DNA of 64,000 bases. Source: Adineta vaga (Eukaryota > Animalia > Rotifera). The position numbers and the translations under genes are program-made. Position 1 is the stretch's first letter. Every line of letters starts with the position of its first letter. The DNA lies in NCBI GenBank assembly GCA_021613535.1, contig CP075494.1, forward strand, positions 4,960,001 to 5,024,000, written 5' to 3'. This document shows, one piece after another, positions 1 through 11,633 of the stretch. The notes under the pieces are model-generated. The model worked only from the letters and a program-made list of their open reading frames with translations. It had not been told where the DNA came from and ran no database searches.

Positions 1-5
1 GAGAG

Positions 6-923
6 ATGGAAATAATTACTTTTATTATTAATGAAATTTGTATTTCAACTGATATTAATGATGAAACATATTTTCTTAATCTTGAATCGAAATTAATCAA
101 TGAAACAACAGTTAAAGTTGAAAATCTTCATCAAAATACCTTTGATCGAATGAAACATTTAGGTCGATGTAATTTTCGTACTTCCGTAAATGATTTCAAT
201 CGAGGAGTTTTAGATCTTTTGAATAATATTCCAATTACTATTTCTATCATGGAAAATTTACTTCATTGGTTAATACCAAAAATGATTCATTTCAAAGAAT
301 TTGAAGATTCTCTCTATTCATTATGGACATGTAACAATGTATTATCATTAATGGCAGCTTGTGTTCAAAAAGAAGATTATCTCTATCGAAAACTAACAAA
401 TTCTCAAAAATTTGATAAAATTCAATTGATTAAACTGTTGGAGAAAATGATCAATCAACATCCATATTTTCCTGCACGTGGAAGTGCATTTATTTTACTT
501 GCTGCAATGGATTTATCTGATCATAGAATCATTATTAGCGCTTTAAATACATTATTTGATGAAAATCTTGTTAAAGAATATACAACCATTGGTATTCCAT
601 TGATTCATTTATCATCTAACGAATTCATCGATGATTTATTAAAATCTCTAGTAGATGAAAGTGCAATTAAAGTTTATGAAACATTGAAAATCATTACAGA
701 ATTTGCTCTTGATGAAAAAATTGATGCAAATACAAAATCAAAAATCATTCATTATTTAGCACAAGAAATTGGACAATTTAAATCGAAAAAACTTGTCAAT
801 TATTATTATACTGATATTAGAATTCCATTTACAACAACAATAGAAAATGAATTGTACACAACATGGACAAAAATACAAGGACTTTCAGGTAAAACACAGT
901 ATGCTATCACAATTGAACAATGA
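6..923 (+). CDS. 3' terminal exon of a larger uncharacterised alpha-helical protein (gene probably starts upstream of the window)
   Basis: 305-codon ORF at the window edge, preceded by AG (possible splice acceptor); helical-repeat-like composition; no recognisable motif. Confidence 0.6.
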   Translation: MEIITFIINEICISTDINDETYFLNLESKLINETTVKVENLHQNTFDRMKHLGRCNFRTSVNDFNRGVLDLLNNIPITISIMENLLHWLIPKMIHFKEFEDSLYSLWTCNNVLSLMAACVQKEDYLYRKLTNSQKFDKIQLIKLLEKMINQHPYFPARGSAFILLAAMDLSDHRIIISALNTLFDENLVKEYTTIGIPLIHLSSNEFIDDLLKSLVDESAIKVYETLKIITEFALDEKIDANTKSKIIHYLAQEIGQFKSKKLVNYYYTDIRIPFTTTIENELYTTWTKIQGLSGKTQYAITIEQ

Positions 924-1803
924 TAAAAAGATTTTTTTAATATATTCTATTAAATTATGATTATAAATATAAACATCAATCATATCAACTAAAATACTTA
1001 GTTGAGCTAAAAGAGATAGGATTCGTAGAATATTGACATTCACTGTCATATAATTCAATAGAATTGATATTATATAAATCGGACACCAACCGATGACAAA
1101 AACTAGTAACATGAGAATCATATGTCGAAGTAGATGGATATCTCGACGACTGATTCTTTGTTGATTTGAGACAGGTGTTATTTCGGTATGAATTCGATTT
1201 GTTGATGAGCGAACATGAACAAAAATAATTGAATTGATAATTATACTGAGACATAACGGTAAAATAATCATTATAATGAATGTGTAATATCGCATCCATG
1301 TTGGTACAAAACAATTCTAAACATCAACAAAATTATTTGATAAAATTATGCTAAAAATAAATTACCGTGCGATCACGTATAAGTAGAACAAGTGGAAGAA
1401 TAATTCCAATCATCCACTGTGATATAAGACTTATGAATATCGAATATTTTTGTTTGAAATAAATTCCGATATTATAGCGAATGAAACAAAGACGATTGAT
1501 GGAAACAATGATAAGTGATAATGGAACTTGAAGAGTAAACATTGTTTCACCATAGAGTGTAAATACACATAATTTAATTGAATAGAAATATCGTGGATTT
1601 ATTCGTGTTATGATATAAACAAACGTCCAATAAGAACAACATAATATAGTTGATAAACCAACATTAAATGAAAACAAATGAGTACGATGATGAAAACGAT
1701 TGATTAAAAGTACTGAAATACAATAAATTAAACATAGAATAATAATTAAAATTAATACAGTAATTTGAATATAACTCAGAACTTTTCCAATCTCCATATG
1801 CAA
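885..1803 (-). CDS. Divergent rhodopsin-like 7TM GPCR (2 exons)
   Basis: Exons 1803-1366 and 1316-885 join in frame (RDRT|NCFVPTWMRYY) across a GT-AG intron at 1317-1365; SINRL (DRY-like) motif, FVIGWCPIY TM6, seven hydrophobic segments. Confidence 0.85.
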
Positions 1804-3329
1804 AAAAATGATTATGATTATAAATTAAACACAAACATCAATTTCATTCTGTTGTCATCTCTAACTTTGACAGTTGACAAAGTGATAAAGACTTTTCTAA
1901 AGAAATATTTATTAATTATACGATCTTTCAATCTAAATGATCGTTCAAGTACAGGAAAAGTTGACAAATTATTAATTTGTTGCATTTAAAAAAGAAGAAC
2001 ACTTCTAGATCATTCGTTCATATGTCAGAACGATGAACTAAAACTTTGATATCAATGTTCCTCACTGTATTCTAATATTTTATTCATAAAAATGATGAGT
2101 CAACCGTTCTCGTATCTGAATAGTCTCGAAATTTTGAACAAATAGATCGGTAACACGCATTCATTGTTTTGTATGCTGTTCTATTGCACTTGATAACAGC
2201 ATCATGAGAAAAGTTTCAGTGATTTATAATGTATCTTTATAAGGACATGGAATTCAAACTTGATAAGATCGTTACGAATGTCTTTGTCTGATGGTAGTGA
2301 ACACAATGTCAATATTCTCTTTCAATTGTTTTCTGATTATTTGGCAAGTGATATGATGAATTGAAAATCTTTTCTCGAGAATTGACAATCAATAAAATTT
2401 AGCAATTATAGTCGTGTAGATTTAAAAAAAAATATATTTTAATCTATACACAATCAGAAGAGATTGTTAATTCTTGTTTTTTAGTAATAGATTGATTATT
2501 TTCATGAGCAACAGAAAAACTATTCACAAATAGATAATTTACATTCGTCGTACCGAAAAGCAAATCTAAGTACAAACATTATGATGAGAACCTGCATAAA
2601 AAGATAATAAAGCTATTGGATGTTGTTTAGTTAGATATATTTCTGAATGAAATTCATCTACTGGCAATGAAATCTTCATAAATCTGGATTATAGTGAATT
2701 GAATAAACATCTTGAGATTGTATGTCATTGTTCTGATAGTGTAATAAACGTTCATCGACTAAGTTTCTCACATTTTTAATAATCTATAAATTATAGCTGT
2801 TGTTTGAACTTGCCGCATGGTATGAAGATCTCCATTACTTTTTGTAGCTATGTATTCGATGAATTTTCTTGTACTTTTGTTTCAAAATCGAACGTACATT
2901 AACCTAAACGATCTTTATCTAGTATGTGATGTCCTTGAAACTTACTAAATTGACTAATAAATACGTCTTGCAGAAATGAAACATTCGAAACAATATAAAC
3001 TGGACTTGTACCTATATAAATATGAGTCAATTAAAACAATACGAAGGAATCAGTCTTTCTTTCAGTTGTTACAAACAGTTCTTCAATCTGCGATGATAGA
3101 GTCAGAGAGAACGCAAGTATTCAGTGATTGCTTTTTATCCAATAATTGAAACGCTAGCACCAGATGATGTGCCGTAATATACGCCTGTTAGTGATATACT
3201 TACGCCATCTGTTAATGCTAACATACATAATCGTTCGTTTATTATCGATCTACGATAGAACAGGGAGAAAAAATGATTCTTGTTTTTTTTTCATCCTTAT
3301 TTCTAGTTCTACACGTGTAGCCGAGAAAA

Positions 3330-4043
3330 ATGGCTAATTCATCAGTTTGCTTATCAACATTATTTGAAAATAATATAAAACATGGTTTAGTTTTCCAAGA
3401 AAGAGTAAATGAACATTTAATGGGATATATCATTGATATAAATCATGTAGAAATTGATAGAATTTGCGAATTAGTTATTCAATGTCAATCAAATTTATTA
3501 TTAGAAAACTTACGTAAACAATCCAATGATTATAAGGAATTTAATCAAGGTTTTCTCATTCATCATTGGTCATTAGAAAAACTCAAAGATATTCTATCAT
3601 CTTTAAAATCATTATTAATTTGTATTATTGATACGAATAAAAATAATTTAGCTGGTTATTTATTATTAACATCGTCGACATATTTTCATGAAGATACAAA
3701 TTCTCAATATGGAGATCTTATTTTGGATAATAATTTAATAACAAATCAACAATGGATACAATTTATTTCATCTCCGGATATTCATTATATAAAACAAATA
3801 GGTGTTGATAAAGATTATCATCGCCAAGGTATAGCTACATATTTAGTTAAACTTTCAAAAACTCAAAGTAATCAAGGATTATGTACGCTCGTTATGTTAT
3901 CACCGTTTTCGAATATGGCATCAGAAAATTGTTTTCGAAAAAGCCAATTTCAATCTATTGCCATTTGGAATCAGAGAATTTCAGAAGGATTTGGCCCATT
4001 TAAAGCAACACTTTTTATTTGGCCTTCATTCGATTCATATTGA
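3330..4043 (+). CDS. GNAT-family N-acetyltransferase, intronless
   Basis: Motif A QIGVDKDYHRQGIATYLV (acetyl-CoA binding R/QxxGxA) and motif B NMASENCFRK. Confidence 0.8.
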   Translation: MANSSVCLSTLFENNIKHGLVFQERVNEHLMGYIIDINHVEIDRICELVIQCQSNLLLENLRKQSNDYKEFNQGFLIHHWSLEKLKDILSSLKSLLICIIDTNKNNLAGYLLLTSSTYFHEDTNSQYGDLILDNNLITNQQWIQFISSPDIHYIKQIGVDKDYHRQGIATYLVKLSKTQSNQGLCTLVMLSPFSNMASENCFRKSQFQSIAIWNQRISEGFGPFKATLFIWPSFDSY

Positions 4044-4530
4044 CATAATCTATTCCTTTATTCTGACGTATACTAAAAAAAGCTTCATTGGTAAATTTGT
4101 TACGAAAGTAACATGTATTCCAAACTATAAATTCCAAATATATTGTTAGTCACATATACTTCAGAAGAAAATGTAGAGAATGGCTGTTTGAATGAAATAA
4201 TTATCTGCGTGTCTATAATCATAAAACGTTACAAGATCAAAAACAGCTAAAGGCATGCAGCATATTGAAGTGCACACATCTTAAATTACAAGAAAAAAAC
4301 ATGCGACTGATATATTTTTTTGTGCTATAATACTTTTTCGTTCTGTATAAATTGAAGAAAAAATATGTAGATTATGAGAGTGAGTCGCACACACACACAA
4401 AAATATACAGAAATTCGGAAAGTGTAATTTCGTATTTAGATTATAGCACGTCGATATTGCTTTCAATCAACTAAAATCTAGTATAAGTTATCATTTCAAT
4501 AAATTACTATACTGTTGCTAATTCTGAATC

Positions 4531-5616
4531 ATGGCACATGATATACGAAAAGTGTTCATTTTCTTTCTGACATTTATTATTTCTAGTATGTCAATCCCAT
4601 CGACAACACCTATCAATGGTCTAATTGAAGGATTTTATTGGTCTGTTTCGAATGCAGTAAATGGCGAATATGATCTTTTTACGAAAAAACAACGTGATCA
4701 ATTAATTTCTTTAATGGATACAAATATTAACTATTATTTTCATTGTCCTCAAGATCGTGAAGATGATCCATTTACAATGAAATTATGGAATACACAGACA
4801 GTTATCGATTGGTCTGATACAATTTCTAAAGCATCGAATATTTCTATTGTTATCGGTCTACGACCACGTTGGATTGAAACTGTTCAAACTTCACTAAAAT
4901 CAATTAAAACAAAATTAACACAGTTAGCATCAATTGGAATTCGTTATTACATATTGTGTTGGGATGATGTATCAGGTGCTGGAACAACTGCACAAATGAT
5001 ATTACAAAGAGATCTTATTCATGCTCTTGTGTATGAAGTAACAAATATAGAATTAATAGGTCTTATACCTGCTTACTATGCTCGATCTCAGATATCTGAT
5101 GATAATAGTACTACTTGGGCCAATCAACTTTCCATTTTAAATCAAATACCTCGTCATATTAGATTTTTTGCGACTGGGGTAGCAGTTGTACCATCATCTA
5201 TTCAAATACATGAGATTCCAGCATTGACAAATCGTCAATTCATATTTTTTGATAATTGGATTGCAGTTGATTCAAATTCTAAAGTAACAATGACTTGGCC
5301 ACCCAATCGTCATCCAGATATTTACAATGCAAGTGAATTCATTTCGGGATCCGTTTTAAATTTAGCATTTCCACCTGAAAGAATAATTCATCAGATATAT
5401 GCTTTAAAACAACGCATTATGAATACAGATTCAACTATGAATTCACATTTAGCAGCTGAATATTGGGCAAAATATCTTGTAAACAATAACTTTTATGATT
5501 GGAATTCTTTGAAACAAGTACAAGACACTTTAAAGTCACTGTTTGATCATGGCTATGAAACTAATTCAGACATTATTCGACATTATCCAATACTTCACAA
5601 AATTCTTACAAACTAG
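4531..5616 (+). CDS. Secreted GH84-like beta-N-acetylglucosaminidase/hyaluronidase catalytic domain
   Basis: Signal peptide; GLIEGFYW, YFHCPQD, ILCWDDV (catalytic DD pair) and FFDNW match the GH84 motifs GVIEGFYG / YAPKDD / LFDDI / WDN. Confidence 0.75.
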   Translation: MAHDIRKVFIFFLTFIISSMSIPSTTPINGLIEGFYWSVSNAVNGEYDLFTKKQRDQLISLMDTNINYYFHCPQDREDDPFTMKLWNTQTVIDWSDTISKASNISIVIGLRPRWIETVQTSLKSIKTKLTQLASIGIRYYILCWDDVSGAGTTAQMILQRDLIHALVYEVTNIELIGLIPAYYARSQISDDNSTTWANQLSILNQIPRHIRFFATGVAVVPSSIQIHEIPALTNRQFIFFDNWIAVDSNSKVTMTWPPNRHPDIYNASEFISGSVLNLAFPPERIIHQIYALKQRIMNTDSTMNSHLAAEYWAKYLVNNNFYDWNSLKQVQDTLKSLFDHGYETNSDIIRHYPILHKILTN

Positions 5617-5815
5617 ACTAATATGACTTTGAAGAAAGAATGAAACATCAGAGACTTTTGTAAATGAGTTTTCTATCATTCTGAAAACAGAAACTATTTC
5701 TGGTTGATTAGTTTAACGTTTATCTTCACTCTTTCTCACATCGGCACCTATATTTATATGAGAGAGAAAGAAAAATAATTTCAATATCATTACATCATTC
5801 TCTGTAACTGTCTAT

Positions 5816-6858
5816 TTATTCGCCACCAGTGATAAGAACCTTGCCTGAATTGAGCAAGGTTGCAGTATGATAAGTACGTGGTCTTAACAAGCGTGCACTT
5901 GGATTCCATTTACCTGTTGATGGATCGTATATTTCAGAGGTAGCTACAGTACCATGATATCCATATCCACCAATGGCAAGAACTTTCCCTGACTTCAGCA
6001 AGGTTGCAGTATGTTCAGAACGTTCTTCCGTCATACTAGTAGCATCGTTCCATTTGCCAGTTGACGGATCGTAAATTTCACAATCAGCTAAATAACTGTT
6101 ACCATCTCCATCACCACCAGTGACAAGAACTTTGCCAGAAACGAGCACAGTTGCAGTATGAGCAGCACGTCCGTTTGTCATACTTGCAATAATATCCCAT
6201 TGGTCTATTGATGGATCATACAGATCGCAATTAGTCTTGTACTCTTCTGCTCGATAGCCACCGGTGACAAGAACTTGGTTCGACTTGAGTAAGACTGTAA
6301 TAGGATAAAAGCGTACTGTCGATTTCATGGTAGCGGCAGACGTCCATTGGCCAGTTGTTGGATCGTATATTTCAGAAGTGGCTCCATTACCAGAAACAAA
6401 TACTTTGCCCGATTTCAATAGAATTGCACTATGTTCAAAACGTTCTACTGTCATGTGTCCTGCATCACTCCATTTGTTTGTTAACGGATCATAGATTTCC
6501 GAACTATTCACAGGAAGATCTGTCTCAGTAGTGATGCCACCTGTGACAAGCACTTGACCCGAATTAAGTAAGGTAGCAGTATGATACCTTCGTGTTATCG
6601 ACATGTTTGCAACAGGCTGCCATTGATCAGTTGATGGATCATATATTTCACATTCAGCTAAATAACCTGTAGGTCCTTGACCACCAACGACGAGAACTTT
6701 GCCAGATTTGAGCAGAGTTGCAGTATGAAGTTCACGTGATATTACCATGTTTCCAGCAGAGTCCCATCGATCTTCTATTGGATCATATATCTCAGTACTA
6801 GCTAGATAAGTGATGTCTTTGTAACTACCAGTGATTTTACGCGACTTGAACAGTTTGC
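5816..6858 (-). CDS. Kelch-repeat beta-propeller protein (main exon; small upstream exons likely to ~7438)
   Basis: Repeated R..HTATLL.SGKVLVxGG...EIYDP.T.KW units. The frame stays open upstream of the ORF start to an acceptor at ~6859; a micro-exon at ~7039-7061 and a signal-like MFVNYFVKFLLFIW at ~7438 are possible. Confidence 0.85.
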
Positions 6859-7893
6859 CTTAGAGGAAAAAAAATCATAAGTAAAAGTTAGTATTTTAAT
6901 ATTAGTAATATAAAGATAATTTCGATTTTATGTTGTTTTAAGTTAAGTTCAAAAAAAAGTTTACGTTTCTTGCTCTTAACGTAAGCTTCTAAAAACCTTA
7001 AATGTAAAGAAAACGCTCTAGAAAATCGGTAAACATACTTGATTCAGCTGTGTTTGTAACTCTGAAATGAAATGAAAAATACATGTAATTAGCGAAATCT
7101 CATACATGAAGAAGTTCAATTCTTTTACAGTATCTCTCTCTTTCTAACTTTGATTATTTTTTAAACTTCAATTACTTATCTGTCCTTCTTCTATTTTAAT
7201 TAACTGCGATTAACTGCAGATTCACGTATTTTTATCTTCTAGAATCAAAACAAAGATAGATTTTGTACAATGCTAAACTCTGTTTGAAACTACTTCTAAT
7301 AATCTCTTATCTGAAGTAAACTTGTTTATTATCGTATTACATCTGTGAGAGAAAAGAAAAACCAATATAATTATGTCGAAGAATAGATACTCACATCCAT
7401 ATAAACAAGAGAAATTTAACAAAATAATTGACGAACATAATTCCAAATCACCACTCTTTTCTTTCGAAAAATAAGTACTGAAAAAATGTATTCACTATAT
7501 CGTAGTACAAAATCAAAATAAAAGAGAAATATATAAATATTTAACGCTTTTTAAAGATGACATATGCAATAAATATAGATCAGATTTAAATTTTCTCATA
7601 TTGGTGACAATGATTTTTTCATGATAAAAAAATTGTATTGTCCTCAAAATACATAAGAATAGATTAAGACATTGATTTCAAGGACAATAACAGATAGGAA
7701 TAGATACTTTAGCAGAATTGTAGAGATTCTTTGCTTTATTTTTGATTTTATTCGTCTAAAAAACGCCATATAATTTCCTTCACTACACTTCAAATAGAGA
7801 GTACATCATAACAGTTGGGTGTGAGTATGAATGAAGGTATATTTGAATAACATACAAATTCAACTGATTGGCACTCACACTCTCCAAATGGTT

Positions 7894-10575
7894 TTACACA
7901 CGGTTATATTGTCCAATAAAAGGTAGATGATGAGCGTATGCAGGATTATGAATAATCGCTCGATCTCTTTTTCGTTTTCTAATTCTTAACATACGTCTAC
8001 ATGATAGAAGTTGCCATATAATAGCCCGTCTCATACATAAAAACACTAATAATGACAAGAGACTGATTCCTCCGAAGATAATAAATATACCAGTTAAAGA
8101 TTCATATGAGAAATTCGAAGTTGTCTCCATTGGCATATCTGTGCAATGATTTGGTTGAAACCATTTACTCTTTAAATCATTAAATACTCCAGATTCACGT
8201 AAAGCTAATATGGACACATCTAAAATTTGTTCAAATAACCATTTCTTTTGATAAATTATTCCAAATGCACTATGATCAAAACTTGCACCGACCATAGTCA
8301 AATCGCAATGAACACTATTTGTTTCATATTCAGCGACACCTGAATCCATTATAGAAGCATCAATTGCTCCACTTGATAATTTTTCAAATATATCTTGTTT
8401 GGATTTTAATACATAATAAGTTCGACTACCATCAGTAATTTCTCGAAGAAAATAATCTTCAATCGATGAACCAACAACAATACCAACTCGATTAGGAGTT
8501 ATTTTTCCATTTTTAATATCATCGATTCCTGATATGAAATATTGTGATTGTGCAACAGTTAAATTTGCTGTTAAATTAGCTTGATATGCTGAAATTAAAA
8601 CTATACTTACAAGATATATACCAATCGTTAAACATCGTCCAGCGGCTGTTTTTGCATGAAAATCGACACCATACCCAACAAACGTACCAATGGAAAACCA
8701 AATACTCATTCCTATACGAGAAATACATGATTTACGTCGTAATCCAGCACGTACAAATTCTTCATAGAAAAGAAGTAAAATGGCAGACCATGCCATACAA
8801 CCTAGAATAATTATCCATAGAATAAGTGGAAATGTCTTGAAAAAACCAAAAAGATGAACACTTTGCACGGGTTTCTTTCTGACAAGAACGCGTAATGAAT
8901 TATCATAGATAGAATCAGAAAATGCAACTTTTTCTCTTCGTGCTGCGAGAATTGTTATATCACCTATTATCATATCAAAAGTATTATTTGTTACGAAATC
9001 TGGCAAATCGTTGTATGTTGTATTTTTTGGTAATACTATTATATTTGCAATAAATCCCATTTTTTCTCGCAAACGATCAATAAGATCGGGAATATATCCA
9101 GCTAATTTCATTGTAGAATTGCCATATGCATCTGTTATTTCTTTAACTATAGTGAACGGATCAGTTTCTATAACAGCAATACGTAATGTAACACCACGAA
9201 TTGCTGCATATCCTGATGGAATAGTTAATGATTCTCCCGGCCAAATGATTGTATTTGTTTGACCATTTGACGTCCAATCGGCTGAACCTGATGAGACTAA
9301 AACCGGAACATAATTTAAATTATTTGAAAAGCGTTGAGCATTTTTCACCACATAATAATTTCCATTGAGTCGATCGGTTGTATTCGAATTAAATTCAATC
9401 TGACCAGAAACACCGAGAAATGTATTTGTATTAATGATATCATATAATGATCGAATATTTAAAGCACGTCGATCAAAACAAAATGATGTGTTCGTTAACG
9501 AAATACATGATGAGTTAGTTTTTGTTGAACATAATTGTGCATATGATTGAATTAATGCCCACGTTGCATCAAATGTAAATAATGCATAATAATCGATATT
9601 TTTTACACCAGGAAATGATTCAGGTTCATATTTTTGCCATATACTTAAAGCATCATGCAATAATTTTTGATTTATTAATGCATTTGCAATATTTGCGACG
9701 ACAGGACTAATTTTTAACATTCCTATTAATTTATTATACCATTTTCTATCAAATGCTGTCAACAAAACATCTGAACCTAAAATCCAGGTAAATTGTGGTC
9801 CAACTACATCCAATTCAAGCGCATTTTGTAAGATTAATGCTGCAGAACTTTCATCTGCCCATACGATTACAATTCGTGTTAAACTACGAGTTAAAATACT
9901 TTTTAAATCACCTCGAATCATCTTTGTATTCATATCGAAAACTAACATTTCTGTAACAGTTAAATTATTTTGATTAAATGCTTCACTAATTGCTTTCGCA
10001 CCACCATTTCCAAATGCATCATCTTGATAAATAATAATACATGTTGCCCAATTAAATTTAACGAAAAGTTTTGCCATAGCCAATCCGGCAACATCATCAG
10101 AAGGAACTGTACGATAAAAGGTTGGATATGTTTTTCGATCGGATAATTGAGGATCAGTGGCAGCATAGGATATAATTGGAATATCAATATTAGCAGCGAA
10201 AGATGCAAGTACATGAGCTTCTCGAGAAATACTTGGTCCAATAATACCAATAATATTCGAAGTCGAGATTACTTCGCATGTACTACGAAGAGCATTTATT
10301 GCATTACCTGTTGTTAAAGCTAATTGCCAATCAAGATATTCTCCTCCAATAGTTATATTATATTGTTGAGAGAGTAAGATTGCTGAGATAAACATTGCAC
10401 GAGTTTGATAAAACCATGATTTCATCTCAGTTATATTCATTTCATCTCGTATAACACCTAATAATTGAATTGTAGATCCATTTGACGAAGGCCAAATACC
10501 TCTAACATTTCCTATATGTTGGTGAACAACGATGAAGTAAAAACAGAACCATCGAAAACTGCACAAGAACATCAT
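7894..10575 (-). CDS. Ionotropic glutamate receptor with K+-channel-type selectivity filter (AvGluR1-like)
   Basis: Signal peptide, ANF-receptor ATD (IIGPSISREA, PTFYRTVPSD), S1 (GDITILAARREKVAFS), pore GTFVGYG, M3 AYQANLTANLT, S2 and M4; 893 aa, intronless. Confidence 0.92.
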   Translation of the reverse strand: MMFLCSFRWFCFYFIVVHQHIGNVRGIWPSSNGSTIQLLGVIRDEMNITEMKSWFYQTRAMFISAILLSQQYNITIGGEYLDWQLALTTGNAINALRSTCEVISTSNIIGIIGPSISREAHVLASFAANIDIPIISYAATDPQLSDRKTYPTFYRTVPSDDVAGLAMAKLFVKFNWATCIIIYQDDAFGNGGAKAISEAFNQNNLTVTEMLVFDMNTKMIRGDLKSILTRSLTRIVIVWADESSAALILQNALELDVVGPQFTWILGSDVLLTAFDRKWYNKLIGMLKISPVVANIANALINQKLLHDALSIWQKYEPESFPGVKNIDYYALFTFDATWALIQSYAQLCSTKTNSSCISLTNTSFCFDRRALNIRSLYDIINTNTFLGVSGQIEFNSNTTDRLNGNYYVVKNAQRFSNNLNYVPVLVSSGSADWTSNGQTNTIIWPGESLTIPSGYAAIRGVTLRIAVIETDPFTIVKEITDAYGNSTMKLAGYIPDLIDRLREKMGFIANIIVLPKNTTYNDLPDFVTNNTFDMIIGDITILAARREKVAFSDSIYDNSLRVLVRKKPVQSVHLFGFFKTFPLILWIIILGCMAWSAILLLFYEEFVRAGLRRKSCISRIGMSIWFSIGTFVGYGVDFHAKTAAGRCLTIGIYLVSIVLISAYQANLTANLTVAQSQYFISGIDDIKNGKITPNRVGIVVGSSIEDYFLREITDGSRTYYVLKSKQDIFEKLSSGAIDASIMDSGVAEYETNSVHCDLTMVGASFDHSAFGIIYQKKWLFEQILDVSILALRESGVFNDLKSKWFQPNHCTDMPMETTSNFSYESLTGIFIIFGGISLLSLLVFLCMRRAIIWQLLSCRRMLRIRKRKRDRAIIHNPAYAHHLPFIGQYNRV

Positions 10576-11633
10576 TGATATCTAAAGCAAAATGATCATA
10601 TGTTGAGGAGTTGTTAAAAATTTTGTTCTTTATTAAATATTGATCATTGAATACAATATATTTTCTCTCTACTAAATGCGCAAGAAACACTAAAGTAAAA
10701 AAATGTGTAACTTGATTGTAAATATGTAATATTTTTTATAAACCTGCGTATGGAGAAAGGTAAGCTTACTTCCTTTTTCGTTTTATATACAGAAAGAAAA
10801 AGTTTTGTATAGATTTTCTATTCGCCGTGGGTTTTTTATAACTATATCATTTAGTTGTTTTTCTCTTTCATTTAACCCGAAAGAACAGATCAATAATCAA
10901 GGATTTACTATTGAAAATATTGAATTTTTCCGAAGAAAATAATCGATTGAGAGTGTGGGCATAACCAAGAATGTCTGTTATTCCTTTACATCGACATCTA
11001 AATCCTCTTTGCCAACCACTTCCATTCAAATTCTTAGTTTCTTAGCATTCAATTATGTTGTAAATAATTAGTTTTTTCCTTTTATCATTCAAATAATTTA
11101 CAATTTCTCACTGCGTATTCTTATTTGCTTCACTACACATGTGTAACCTACATTTCTGTTACTCCTTATGTTAAAATGACCATGTAAATAAAAGTATTTA
11201 TAAATTTGATGCATAATTAAAAATTGTTGGAAAATGCATTTCTTTTCGTCTCCATTTATGCTTGTATTATGGCAAATATCTATGTAATTATTTCAGAATA
11301 TATATTAGTTAGATAAATATTTTCTATGAACAAGTATCATTAACAAGATCTTAACTAAATGTGTTTCACTACCAAGTTTTAAAACAATCATTTTCCATTC
11401 ATACTAACTCTGAAGATAGGTGTGTTCCATTATGAAATAAGCAGATGAAATCGATATCAAGTTAGAAATAATGCGTACTAAGTCTATAACGGAAAGGTTA
11501 TCTTTCTTCAGCGAATCACTGTTTTTTTTTATCAAATCTGATATTTTCTTTGTGCTCAAAGCTTAAATGAATCTTTACTTTAAAGATCTGGAAACACAAA
11601 TACATTCATCGACTCATCTTTTTTATCTGCACC

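Noticed and set aside
2000-3250. Coding-like texture suggesting a decayed gene or transposon
   Set aside because: No sustained ORF, recognisable motif or terminal repeat could be identified by eye
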